A DNA stretch of 64,000 bases from Victivallaceae bacterium. Lineage in GTDB: Bacteria; Verrucomicrobiota; Lentisphaeria; Victivallales; Victivallaceae. How positions within the stretch are numbered: position 1 is the first letter of the stretch; every line of letters begins with the position of its first letter. The position numbers were made by a program, and so were the translations under genes. The notes beneath the pieces were generated by a model, which saw nothing but the letters and a program-made list of their open reading frames with translations, had not been told where the DNA came from and ran no database searches. Of the stretch, positions 25,463 through 33,892 are shown one piece after another. The stretch spans positions 372 to 64,371 of the forward strand of contig JAZSIZ010000060.1 of the NCBI GenBank assembly GCA_045534015.1, given 5' to 3'.

Positions 25463-27968
25463 TGAAAATGACATCCAGCTCAATGGCGGAGTGCTTCCGG
25501 AGGATAATGATTCAGCGGTTCTTGCCAAACACCGGCAGGGAACAAACGATTACTTCCGCAAGATGATCGACCGCAACTTTCTGGATTACGCCAGTTACGT
25601 TATCGGTTCGCGTGCGATACCCGATGTTGATGACGGATTGAAACCGGTGCAGCGGCGTATTTTGTGGGCTCTTTATCAGGTCTACGACGGGCGTACCCAG
25701 AAAGTGGCGAATATTGTCGGAAACACCATGCATTACCATCCGCACGGCGATGCTTCCATCGGGGATGCTCTGGTGGTGCTTGCCAATAAAGGCGGCGTGA
25801 TCGAGAATCGTTTCCGTGACCGCAAGAGCGGACAGGAAAAAGTGGAATATCTCAACGTGCCTTACTTCATTATGAAGCAGGGTAACTTCGGCAACATCCT
25901 CACCGGCAGTCCGGCGGCGGCGGGCAGGTATACTGAATGCGGTCTGACCAAACTTGCCTATGAAACGATGTTCAATAACGACATTACCGCCTTTGTGCCC
26001 AACTACGACGGCAGAAAAGAAGAACCGGTGGTACTGCCTGCCAAATTGCCCAGTCTGCTCATGCTTGGCAGTGACGGTATCGCTGTCGGTATGTCAACCT
26101 GTGTGTTGCCGCACAACTTCAATGAGCTTATCGATGCGGAAATCGCAGTCCTTCAGGGGAGACCATTTGAACTTTATCCGGACTTTCAGCAGGGCGCACT
26201 GATGGATGTCCGTGAGTATGATGACGGCAACGGCAGAATTATCCTGCGGGCCAAAATCGATATTGAGGGCAGGGATCTGATCATCCGTGAAATACCGGCG
26301 ACCTGTACATCTGAATCGCTGGTTTCATCCATTGAGCGTGCCGCAGAGAAAAACAAGATCCGTATTTCCAGTGTGGATGATTTTACAACTGACCATGTGG
26401 AAATAAGAGTTACTCCGACAAGAGGGTACACTCCGGAGCAGACCTTGCAGGGTTTGTACATGTATACAGATTGCTCCATTTCGCTATCTTCCCGGATCGT
26501 GGTGATCTGTGACCGCAAACCGGTGCAGATGAGCGTAAGTGAAGTATTGAAGCGTAATGTGGAAAAATTGGTCGGCTATCTCAAAGAGGAGCTGGAAATC
26601 GACCTTTCCCGGCAGAATGAATTGCGTCATGCCAAAACCCTTGCCCAGCTCTTTTTCGAGAACCGTATTTACAAAAAAATCGAGGAGTGCCGCAGTCAGG
26701 AGGAGGAGTATGCCGAAGTCCACGCCGGACTTAAGCCTTTCCGGAATCAGCTGCTGCGGGATGTTACCGATGCGGATATTGATAAACTTCTGGCTCTGCC
26801 GGTGCGCCGCATCGCCCGCTTTGACATCGAGAAGAACCAGCAGGAGTTGCGGGAAATCGATGAGAAAATCAAAGATATTCGTTACAAACTTGCCCATCTG
26901 ATCAATTATACCATCGATGTTTTAAGCGATATTAAAAAGAAATACGGAGCATCTTTCCCGCGGAGAACCGAGATTGAAAAAATCGAACAGATCGACCGCA
27001 AAGCTGCAGCATTGAACAATATCAAAGTCGGCTGGGATCGCCGCAATGGTTATGTCGGTACCGGAATAAAGAGCGAAGACATGTTTGTCTGCAACGAGTA
27101 TGACCGTCTGCTCAAGGTGGAAAAAAGCGGTCGGTACACGGTTATACCGATGGTGCCGGATAAACTTTTTGTGGGTAAACTTTATGATTTCCGCAAATAT
27201 GATGCAGAAACGCAATTCGGTATAATTTACAAGGAAACCAAGAGCGGCAAATATTACGGAAAACGTTCCAGTATCGGCGGATTTATTCTGGAAAAAGAGT
27301 ATAATCTCTGTCCGCCGGGATGCAAGCTTGAGCTTTTTACCCCCCGGGCTGATGCCATCTATTTATGGACCGAAGAAGACGGCAGAGGGAAAAGCTCCAC
27401 CCGGGAAATCAATCTGATGGAGTTTCCCGTCCGTTCACCCAAGGCAAGAGGATTTCTTATCAGCAGTAAAAATATGACCAAAGTGGTGCATTCCCGCTAT
27501 CTTACAGAAGAGGAGATCGCCGCCCTTTCCATTCCAGATGATCCGGAAGAGGATGTTGAAAATACGGTTGCTGATGAGGAAACTGCTGCGGAAACGGAAA
27601 ATACCGCAGTGGAGGATAATTCTGAAACAGCCAGCGTGAAAAAACTTCCCATTCCCAAAGGTATTCTTGCAATTGTGGCGGCGGCAAAGGAATCTGCCCG
27701 TAAATCTTTATTGCAGGAGTGTTCGCCGGAAGCGGAAGAACCGGCAACTGAAAACATTGAGACCGAACCGGTTGCTGAAGAGGCCGTTGAGGCGGAAGCG
27801 GTTACTGAACCGGAAGTTGAGCCGGTGATTGAAGATAAGTGGGAACTTTCAGGGGACCCGGATGACATGCCCCGCCGCCGCAGGAATGTTAAAACTCTGC
27901 CGCCAGTAAACAAGCCGGAAATAAAGGATGATGATTTGGGAATAATCCAACCGGAATTCGGATTTTAA
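25455..27968 (+). CDS. parC: Type IIA topoisomerase subunit A (ParC-like, Bacteroidota-style) with acidic C-terminal tail
   Basis: Contains DGLKPVQRRILWAL, YHPHGDASIGDA, QGNFGNILTG and AAGRYTE (active-site Tyr context). I saw no GyrA-box. The last ~150 aa are Glu/Asp-rich. Confidence 0.85.
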   Translation: MSDENDIQLNGGVLPEDNDSAVLAKHRQGTNDYFRKMIDRNFLDYASYVIGSRAIPDVDDGLKPVQRRILWALYQVYDGRTQKVANIVGNTMHYHPHGDASIGDALVVLANKGGVIENRFRDRKSGQEKVEYLNVPYFIMKQGNFGNILTGSPAAAGRYTECGLTKLAYETMFNNDITAFVPNYDGRKEEPVVLPAKLPSLLMLGSDGIAVGMSTCVLPHNFNELIDAEIAVLQGRPFELYPDFQQGALMDVREYDDGNGRIILRAKIDIEGRDLIIREIPATCTSESLVSSIERAAEKNKIRISSVDDFTTDHVEIRVTPTRGYTPEQTLQGLYMYTDCSISLSSRIVVICDRKPVQMSVSEVLKRNVEKLVGYLKEELEIDLSRQNELRHAKTLAQLFFENRIYKKIEECRSQEEEYAEVHAGLKPFRNQLLRDVTDADIDKLLALPVRRIARFDIEKNQQELREIDEKIKDIRYKLAHLINYTIDVLSDIKKKYGASFPRRTEIEKIEQIDRKAAALNNIKVGWDRRNGYVGTGIKSEDMFVCNEYDRLLKVEKSGRYTVIPMVPDKLFVGKLYDFRKYDAETQFGIIYKETKSGKYYGKRSSIGGFILEKEYNLCPPGCKLELFTPRADAIYLWTEEDGRGKSSTREINLMEFPVRSPKARGFLISSKNMTKVVHSRYLTEEEIAALSIPDDPEEDVENTVADEETAAETENTAVEDNSETASVKKLPIPKGILAIVAAAKESARKSLLQECSPEAEEPATENIETEPVAEEAVEAEAVTEPEVEPVIEDKWELSGDPDDMPRRRRNVKTLPPVNKPEIKDDDLGIIQPEFGF

Positions 27969-28003
27969 TCGGTTCGTGAACAACAAATAAAGGAACTTGT
28001 ATA

Positions 28004-29245
28004 ATGGCATTTACCAAAGCTCAAAAGTCGTGGCTGGCTTATGATCCGGCTATTTCAGCGTATGCAATGATCGTGAGAACGGTGGTCGCTCCTATCTTTC
28101 TCACCTTTGCCGCAGGCTCTTATTTAGGCGAAGATAAATGTACCGAATACTGGGGGTATACTTGCAGCATTGCCGGATTGGTTGCCGGAGCGATCTCGGT
28201 TTTCTGCGGCCCATGGATCGATGCCAAACGGAAAAAGGTGCAGGCTGTGGCTCTTTTTACCATTCTCGGTGTGCTTTCCACGCTTGCCTATATTCCGTTG
28301 AACTATTTTAATGCCGGCAGTGCCGCCCCTTATATCGTCATGGGGATAAGTTTTGTCGGCATGCTCAGTTTTATGGGGTCCAACAGTTTCTACGATTCGC
28401 TGCTGGTCAGCATTACCGGGAAATCTGAACGTGATAAAGTTTCCAGCTGGGGGTTTGCTCTCGGTTACGGCGGTGCGCTGGTTTCGTTTCTGCTCTGTCT
28501 GCCATTGATGTTCATTGCTGATCAGAAGTTCTTTTTCCCCGGAGCGTTTCTGATTGCCGCATTGTGGTGGGCGGCAGGTTCTCTGCCGCTTTTCAAAAAT
28601 GTGCGGGAGAAACATGATGGCGAAATGCAAAAGAGTGTGAATTTGAAAGACACTCTGAAATATATCTGGGAGAACAAGAATATTCTCATCTTTCTGGCTG
28701 CCTACTTCCTTTATATTGACGGAGTAGGTACGATTATGATGCAGGCTACTTTGATTGCCACATCGCTGAAAATAGATACGCTCTTTATCATGGTGACTAT
28801 CCTTGCTCTGCAGATCATAGGTTTGCCTTTTACGCTGCTTTTCGGCAAACTGGCGGATCGTTTTTCTGCCAAGGCGATGATTTATGTTGCCATCGCAATT
28901 TATATAAGTATTGCGGTTATTGTCACAGTGATGTCCTTTTTGCATGATGCAGGCATCCGGGTGATCCTTTTCTATGTCGCCGCCGGATTGATCGGCACGG
29001 CACAGGGCGGTATCCAGTCTTTGAGCCGCTCTCTTTTCAGTAAGATCATTCCCCAGCACCGTGCGGCAGAACTTTTTGCCGTATATAATATTTTCGGGCG
29101 GTTCACTACGATCGTCGGACCGTTGCTGATGATTCCCATCGCTGTCCATGTCTGGGGCAAAGCTGAACTGGGTATTTCGTTGATGATCCTGCCCTTTATT
29201 TGCGGTGCTCTGCTTCTCAGTAAAGTGAAAGTTGCGGAAAATTGA
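28004..29245 (+). CDS. MFS transporter (UMF1/Atg22-like)
   Basis: About 12 predicted hydrophobic helices. The N-terminus AYDPAISAYAMIVRTVVAPIF is typical of the UMF1 family. Confidence 0.7.
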   Translation: MAFTKAQKSWLAYDPAISAYAMIVRTVVAPIFLTFAAGSYLGEDKCTEYWGYTCSIAGLVAGAISVFCGPWIDAKRKKVQAVALFTILGVLSTLAYIPLNYFNAGSAAPYIVMGISFVGMLSFMGSNSFYDSLLVSITGKSERDKVSSWGFALGYGGALVSFLLCLPLMFIADQKFFFPGAFLIAALWWAAGSLPLFKNVREKHDGEMQKSVNLKDTLKYIWENKNILIFLAAYFLYIDGVGTIMMQATLIATSLKIDTLFIMVTILALQIIGLPFTLLFGKLADRFSAKAMIYVAIAIYISIAVIVTVMSFLHDAGIRVILFYVAAGLIGTAQGGIQSLSRSLFSKIIPQHRAAELFAVYNIFGRFTTIVGPLLMIPIAVHVWGKAELGISLMILPFICGALLLSKVKVAEN

Positions 29246-30258
29246 TCCTGTCCTATATTCTTAAACGCCTGTTGCTGGCTCTGTTTACGCTGCTGATAAT
29301 TCTCTTTGTCAGCTACGTACTTTTGCGTTTGGCTCCCGGGGATCCGACCCGCAGTGACATGCTTTCCGGAGAGACCGGAACCATGAACAGTGAACAGAGT
29401 GTGTTGAAAGAAAACAATGCGCTGAAAGAAAAACTCAATCTGGATAAACCGGTGATGACCGGATTTGTTATTTGGTTGAAATCAGTGATCCTGCATGGGG
29501 ATTTCGGCGAATCTGCCGCTGTTGAACCGGGGAGAAAAGTCACGGAGATGATCGGCGAAAGATTGCCATTGACAATTAAAATAAATGTGCTGGCAATTCT
29601 GGTTACTTATACTCTTGCCATATTTATCGGAGTTACAACAGCCGCCCGCGCCGGCAGCTTCTATGACCGGGCGGTGGAAGTACTGCTTTTTACCCTTTAT
29701 TCACTGCCGGTGATGTGGGTCGGATTGCTGCTTCAGTCACTTTTGTGTGAAGGCGGTAAATATCCGCTGTTCCCATTGTCGGGCAATAGTCCGGATAACT
29801 CACTTTCTCTTCCGCTGTTTGAATATCTGTGGCAGGAGTTGCGCTATCTGGCTCTACCGGTGCTGTGCCTTTCCTATGCCGGATTGGCGGGGTTGTCCCG
29901 CTATACCCGGGGCAGTGTATTGCAGAATATAAGATCCGATTTTATCCGTACCGCCCATGCCAAAGGTCTTTATGGTCCGGTGGTATTGTGGAAACACGCA
30001 TTCGGTAATGCGCTTATTACCATGATCACTCTTTTCAGCGGTCTGCTGCCTTCGCTGATTTCCGGCAGTGTACTGGTTGAATATATTTTCAATCTTCCCG
30101 GGATGGGAACGCTGTCTTTGCAGGCACTTTCCAGCCGGGACTATCCATTGCAGATGGCATTGTTTTCCTTTGCCGGAGCATTGACTTTGGCGGGGATTTT
30201 TATCTGTGACCTCTTATATATGGCAGCCGATCCCAGAATCAGGTTGACAAAACGGTAA
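29242..30258 (+). CDS. ABC transporter permease, OppB/DppB family (orphan: no partner subunits adjacent)
   Basis: (M)ILSYILKRLLLALFTLLII...LAPGDP N-terminus and a BPD_transp_1 core. The TTG start overlaps the MFS stop (TTGA). Confidence 0.75.
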   Translation: MILSYILKRLLLALFTLLIILFVSYVLLRLAPGDPTRSDMLSGETGTMNSEQSVLKENNALKEKLNLDKPVMTGFVIWLKSVILHGDFGESAAVEPGRKVTEMIGERLPLTIKINVLAILVTYTLAIFIGVTTAARAGSFYDRAVEVLLFTLYSLPVMWVGLLLQSLLCEGGKYPLFPLSGNSPDNSLSLPLFEYLWQELRYLALPVLCLSYAGLAGLSRYTRGSVLQNIRSDFIRTAHAKGLYGPVVLWKHAFGNALITMITLFSGLLPSLISGSVLVEYIFNLPGMGTLSLQALSSRDYPLQMALFSFAGALTLAGIFICDLLYMAADPRIRLTKR

Positions 30259-30272
30259 AATGATGTTAGATT
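30244..30272 (+). promoter_or_regulatory. Putative promoter of the 30319 gene (TTGACA, 17 nt, TAGATT), inside the 3' end of the permease gene
   Basis: Reads ttgaca aaacggtaaaatgatgt tagatt. Confidence 0.35.
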
Positions 30273-30318
30273 ATAGTAAATGACAATTAAAAATTGAATA
30301 CATAGAGAGATTTTGATT

Positions 30319-32178
30319 ATGAAAAAGAAAAGTATTCTGTTACTGCCGTTGCTTCTTTTTTGCTGTTGCGGAGTATTTGCTGCGCAAACTCCCATGGAAA
30401 CTTTTGACCGGTTGCGGTCTATGGCGATCAAAAAGGATGCCATATCCATGATCTCAATGGCAGAAGGTGATCTGCTCAATAAACTGCTTAATGGAGAGAT
30501 CCCTAAAGATTTCCGGGATATGCTTTTTCATGCCACAGATGTTTTTGAAGATGCTTATGTGCGTATGCAGGATCCTAACAAAGCGGAGGTTTACGTATTT
30601 TACCGGCTTGAAAAGAAATCCGGCTTTGTCTGTCTGAAAATGAAAAATGACGGTGCCGGAAATTTCAAAGTAACCTCTTATGTCCTGCAGCAGCCGCCGG
30701 GAGCAGGAGTGTATTTGAATCGTTTCTTCAAAGCATTGAAAGCCAAACGAACCGATGAGCTCAAGGAATATTTGTCTGCAGAACTTTTTGATCGTTATCA
30801 GAAAGGAGGCATGCCCGGTTTTGCTGTCGATGCGCCATATTCCATCGTGCCTGGCAAAAAAGGCTCCGATAAGGTGGATTTTTCAGTCACCAGACGTGGG
30901 TTGAATGGTAAAATAACCTTGAAAAAATCCGGAATGGTATGGAAAATTTCTGCTGTTGATGAGATCCTCTGCGGAGTCCAGCCGATTGATGTGGTGGAGA
31001 AATTATGTGCATATTCCACTGTTTTTGTCAAGCACCAGCGGGCGTGGGTCCTTTATGTGTTTTCGCGTTATATAACAACTCTTAAACAATCTGAATCCGG
31101 AGTACAGGGGGCATCTGCTGCTGTCAAATTCATCCAGGAAACCCTCTCATTTCCCAGAAACGAAGAAGCTTTGAAAGAGGTGCTTCCGGATAATACCGAT
31201 ATTAAAAAGTTTTTGAAATTCACCGGAAACCGCTATCGGAAAGTTACTCCTGTTGCCATAGAAAGTGAATCTGAAAATGCTGCGGTGATCTATGTGCTTG
31301 CTGAACACCCCACTGATATCGAAAACATTTGTCTCTATGCTGTGCAGGTGCAGAAAAATAATGAGAGTTGGAAAATCAATACCGAATGGAATGAAAAGAA
31401 GGTGGTGAAAGTTATAACGCTCAAAGATATTGAGAACACGCTTGATGAAAAAGAGATGGAGGGCATTATTGACAAAGATGCCGCATTCCGGGGCGTTTAT
31501 GAGCAGAAGATCAGTGAATATATGAGCAAAATGGACCGGGATGATGTTATTGCAGCTGCGGCAAGTATTTACGATATAACCGGACAGAAAATGTCCGGCG
31601 GCAAAATTGAAGTGACAGTAAAACTTGACGGAGCATACGGCGGAGAATTGATTTTTGAATTGATTTTTGACCGGGAGAAAGGCAGACCGATCATTACCGG
31701 AATCAATGCCGATAAGAGCTACAAGATGGAGCATGCGCCTTTGAATGTGGTCAAGCAGCTGCATTGCAATGTTTTTGAAGCAGGTAAAAAAGGCGATGAT
31801 GAAGAAACTGAAAAGTTGCTTTCAGCCGATTATAAAGATACATTCTTTGAGGATATCGGAAAGTCCGGAGAATTCACTTACGAAGAAAAATCCATCCAGA
31901 TGAAAAGCAGCGAATCAGACAGTGCCGAAGTAGAAGTGAAATATCTCCTCAAAGCAAAAAATGCAGATGCGCAGTCGGAAGATATTACCGCCAATTATAC
32001 GTTTGTTCTGGAAAATCGCCGCTGGGTAATCTGTGATGTGGAACGCAAAGTGATCAAAAGAAAACCCGCAGCTCCTGCCGCAGAGGGGGATGGTGGTGAA
32101 AGCAGCTCGGCAGAAGAGGATAATTCTGCAGAAGAAGATTCCGGTGACAAAGAAAAGTCCGGAGACGAAGAAGAGTGA
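30319..32178 (+). CDS. Secreted/lipoprotein with tandem NTF2-like (DUF4878-style) modules and an acidic tail
   Basis: Signal LLLPLLLFCCCGVFA. Four to five modules each end in a strand-turn-strand such as KITLKKSGMVWKISAV, YAVQVQKNNESWKINTEW and YTFVLENRRWVICDV. The C-terminus is EGDGGESSSAEEDNSAEEDSGDKEKSGDEEE. Confidence 0.55.
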   Translation: MKKKSILLLPLLLFCCCGVFAAQTPMETFDRLRSMAIKKDAISMISMAEGDLLNKLLNGEIPKDFRDMLFHATDVFEDAYVRMQDPNKAEVYVFYRLEKKSGFVCLKMKNDGAGNFKVTSYVLQQPPGAGVYLNRFFKALKAKRTDELKEYLSAELFDRYQKGGMPGFAVDAPYSIVPGKKGSDKVDFSVTRRGLNGKITLKKSGMVWKISAVDEILCGVQPIDVVEKLCAYSTVFVKHQRAWVLYVFSRYITTLKQSESGVQGASAAVKFIQETLSFPRNEEALKEVLPDNTDIKKFLKFTGNRYRKVTPVAIESESENAAVIYVLAEHPTDIENICLYAVQVQKNNESWKINTEWNEKKVVKVITLKDIENTLDEKEMEGIIDKDAAFRGVYEQKISEYMSKMDRDDVIAAAASIYDITGQKMSGGKIEVTVKLDGAYGGELIFELIFDREKGRPIITGINADKSYKMEHAPLNVVKQLHCNVFEAGKKGDDEETEKLLSADYKDTFFEDIGKSGEFTYEEKSIQMKSSESDSAEVEVKYLLKAKNADAQSEDITANYTFVLENRRWVICDVERKVIKRKPAAPAAEGDGGESSSAEEDNSAEEDSGDKEKSGDEEE

Positions 32179-32264
32179 CGCATAAAAAACGTTTCCGTTA
32201 TCCGGAGCATCGGAGCAAGTTTTGGTGATATCTCCAATGTTGTGACGTCGGTATATCAAGTTAT

Positions 32265-32311
32265 ATGCGGCAAGAGCAGGGCGTGATATTGACCGTAATG
32301 CGTTGCCGCAT
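32265..32311 (+). terminator. Possible terminator hairpin in a convergent intergenic region
   Basis: atgcggcaa / ttgccgcat form a 9-bp perfect stem with a 29-nt loop, followed by gttagtttt. The long loop makes it weak. Confidence 0.3.
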
Positions 32312-32348
32312 GTTAGTTTTCTACAAAAATCGAGACAATAACAAGTTT

Positions 32349-32969
32349 TTATTCCGCCGTATATTGGAACTTGAAAGGTTCTGCATCATACAGGCTGATT
32401 TTTCCATCCTGATCAAAAGTGTAGCATTGGCGGATGAATGTGGTGTCATCATCGGAGTAGCTGTATTTGACCAGCATAACTTTGCCGTTTTCTACGAGAG
32501 CTTCCAGATTCTGTGCTTCAAACGCATTAAAGGTATATTTTTTCTGCTGATTTGAAACAAAGATCCCGACATCGGAAAGTCCGGCGAATCTGCCGTTCCA
32601 CACTTTGATATTGACAAAGATGTAATCCGGCTTCTTATCTCCATTCAAATCAGCTTTGTAACATGCTGCCATGGTTTCGCAAAGCTCATCGGGCAGGGTG
32701 AAAATGAAGTTATCCACCCGCACTTTATGACTGTATTGAGCTTCAATATCGGGCAGGGCGGTTGCTTCGGTATTTTTTACGACACCATTGATAAATGTCA
32801 TCTTCTGTGCCGGCAAAAATGGATAATTTAACTCGGTTGCATTGGTAAAAGGTTTATTTGCCGGACGCATCGGAAGTGCGGCGGCGGCAAGTGAACAGCA
32901 CAGAACAGCACCGGAGAGAATAGTTTTCATCCGGGAAAAATTTATAAGATAAGATTTTGCAGCAGCCAT
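32349..32969 (-). CDS. Hypothetical secreted protein
   Basis: Strong RBS AAGGAGA 8 nt before the ATG at 32969. Hydrophobic signal ILSGAVLCCSLAAAA. Contains an FG-GAP-like DLNGDKKPDYIF segment. Confidence 0.5.
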   Translation of the reverse strand: MAAAKSYLINFSRMKTILSGAVLCCSLAAAALPMRPANKPFTNATELNYPFLPAQKMTFINGVVKNTEATALPDIEAQYSHKVRVDNFIFTLPDELCETMAACYKADLNGDKKPDYIFVNIKVWNGRFAGLSDVGIFVSNQQKKYTFNAFEAQNLEALVENGKVMLVKYSYSDDDTTFIRQCYTFDQDGKISLYDAEPFKFQYTAE

Positions 32970-33081
32970 AAAAAATTCTCCTTATTGTTTTAACTTGGTA
33001 TTTTTGTTAACGTACACCGCACAAGTTGATTTTGCAACCGATATTCTGTGAATTTGCGATTTATTTAAAAAATCAGTATAT

Positions 33082-33118
33082 AAAAAAGAACGCAGCACCC
33101 ATCAGTGAGTGTTGCGTT
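33082..33118 (-). terminator. Rho-independent terminator closing the AraC-controlled operon
   Basis: 10-bp stem (one A-C mismatch) aacgcaacac / gugcugcguu followed by cuuuuuua on the minus strand. It lies about 20 nt after the stop at 33139. Confidence 0.6.
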
Positions 33119-33138
33119 TTTTGCAGGGGAATAGAATT

Positions 33139-33873
33139 TTATTTACTGAGTCTGTTTCCACCTTCGACCAAATAGTAAGAGGCGATAGGGGAACTGCCTC
33201 CGCAGTATACCGCATATTTTGCATCGGTTGCACTTGCCACAGGGGCAAGGATCTCATCCGGAGTGAAAGTTTGCACGTGTCCGGCAACAAACAGAAAATT
33301 TCCTTTTCCGGAGTGTTTGAAAAATGCACTGGCAAAATTGCCGGAGGTCGCGCCATACAAACAGGTGCGGTTGGCATGTTCCACTCCGCCGTTGTAAGAA
33401 TCGGCTGCCAGAACCGTGGTCTGCGGGGTGCCGTGGGTTTTTGTGTACAATGTGCCATAATCCTGAAGTTTGAATAAAGGCATAACTCCGTAATCTGCTA
33501 CTTTGTAACTGTAAGCATAATAAGCCCGCTTGCCGTCATTTTCCAAGCCGCAATGAAACACTTCCGGGGTAAGAGATTCCTGGTCATCCGCAGCTTTTAT
33601 TGCATCTATGGATGGTCCGCCAACATACGGGGAAAGCAAAGCGATGGCACTGTAATTGTATTCTTTTATGGTACCTTGTTTATGAGTAAAGTAACCATCA
33701 AAGTCCCCGGCATACATTTGGGCGGCGTTGCCGATCTGCTTCTGATTGTTGATACAGCTTGCCGTTCTGCCGCGCTCACGGGCGGAGTTGAGGGCGGGCA
33801 GCAAAATTGCCGCCAGAATGGCGATAATTGCAATAACTACAAGGAGTTCGATAAGGGTGAATGATTTTTTCAT
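33139..33873 (-). CDS. Prepilin-type N-terminal cleavage/methylation protein, H-X9-DG-like (pseudopilin-like)
   Basis: [36 protein letters not shown]. The C-terminal variant motif is [12 protein letters not shown]. Confidence 0.8.
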   Translation of the reverse strand: MKKSFTLIELLVVIAIIAILAAILLPALNSARERGRTASCINNQKQIGNAAQMYAGDFDGYFTHKQGTIKEYNYSAIALLSPYVGGPSIDAIKAADDQESLTPEVFHCGLENDGKRAYYAYSYKVADYGVMPLFKLQDYGTLYTKTHGTPQTTVLAADSYNGGVEHANRTCLYGATSGNFASAFFKHSGKGNFLFVAGHVQTFTPDEILAPVASATDAKYAVYCGGSSPIASYYLVEGGNRLSK

Positions 33874-33892
33874 GGTAATAGATTCCTTTATA

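Noticed and set aside
28124-29149. 341-aa ORF antisense to the MFS transporter gene
   Set aside because: The sense strand encodes a coherent 12-helix transporter. The antisense product is Arg/Gln/His-rich with no motifs or signal, so it is a shadow ORF.
30242-30259. 18-nt exact repeat GGTTGACAAAACGGTAAA, also at 38616-38633
   Set aside because: One copy encodes the last codons and stop of the ABC permease (RLTKR-stop). The other is the -35 region of an intergenic promoter. An exact 18-mer pair is only mildly unexpected in 64 kb, with a rough expectation around 0.1. It could hint at a shared promoter or AraC-like site, but the evidence is too thin to claim.
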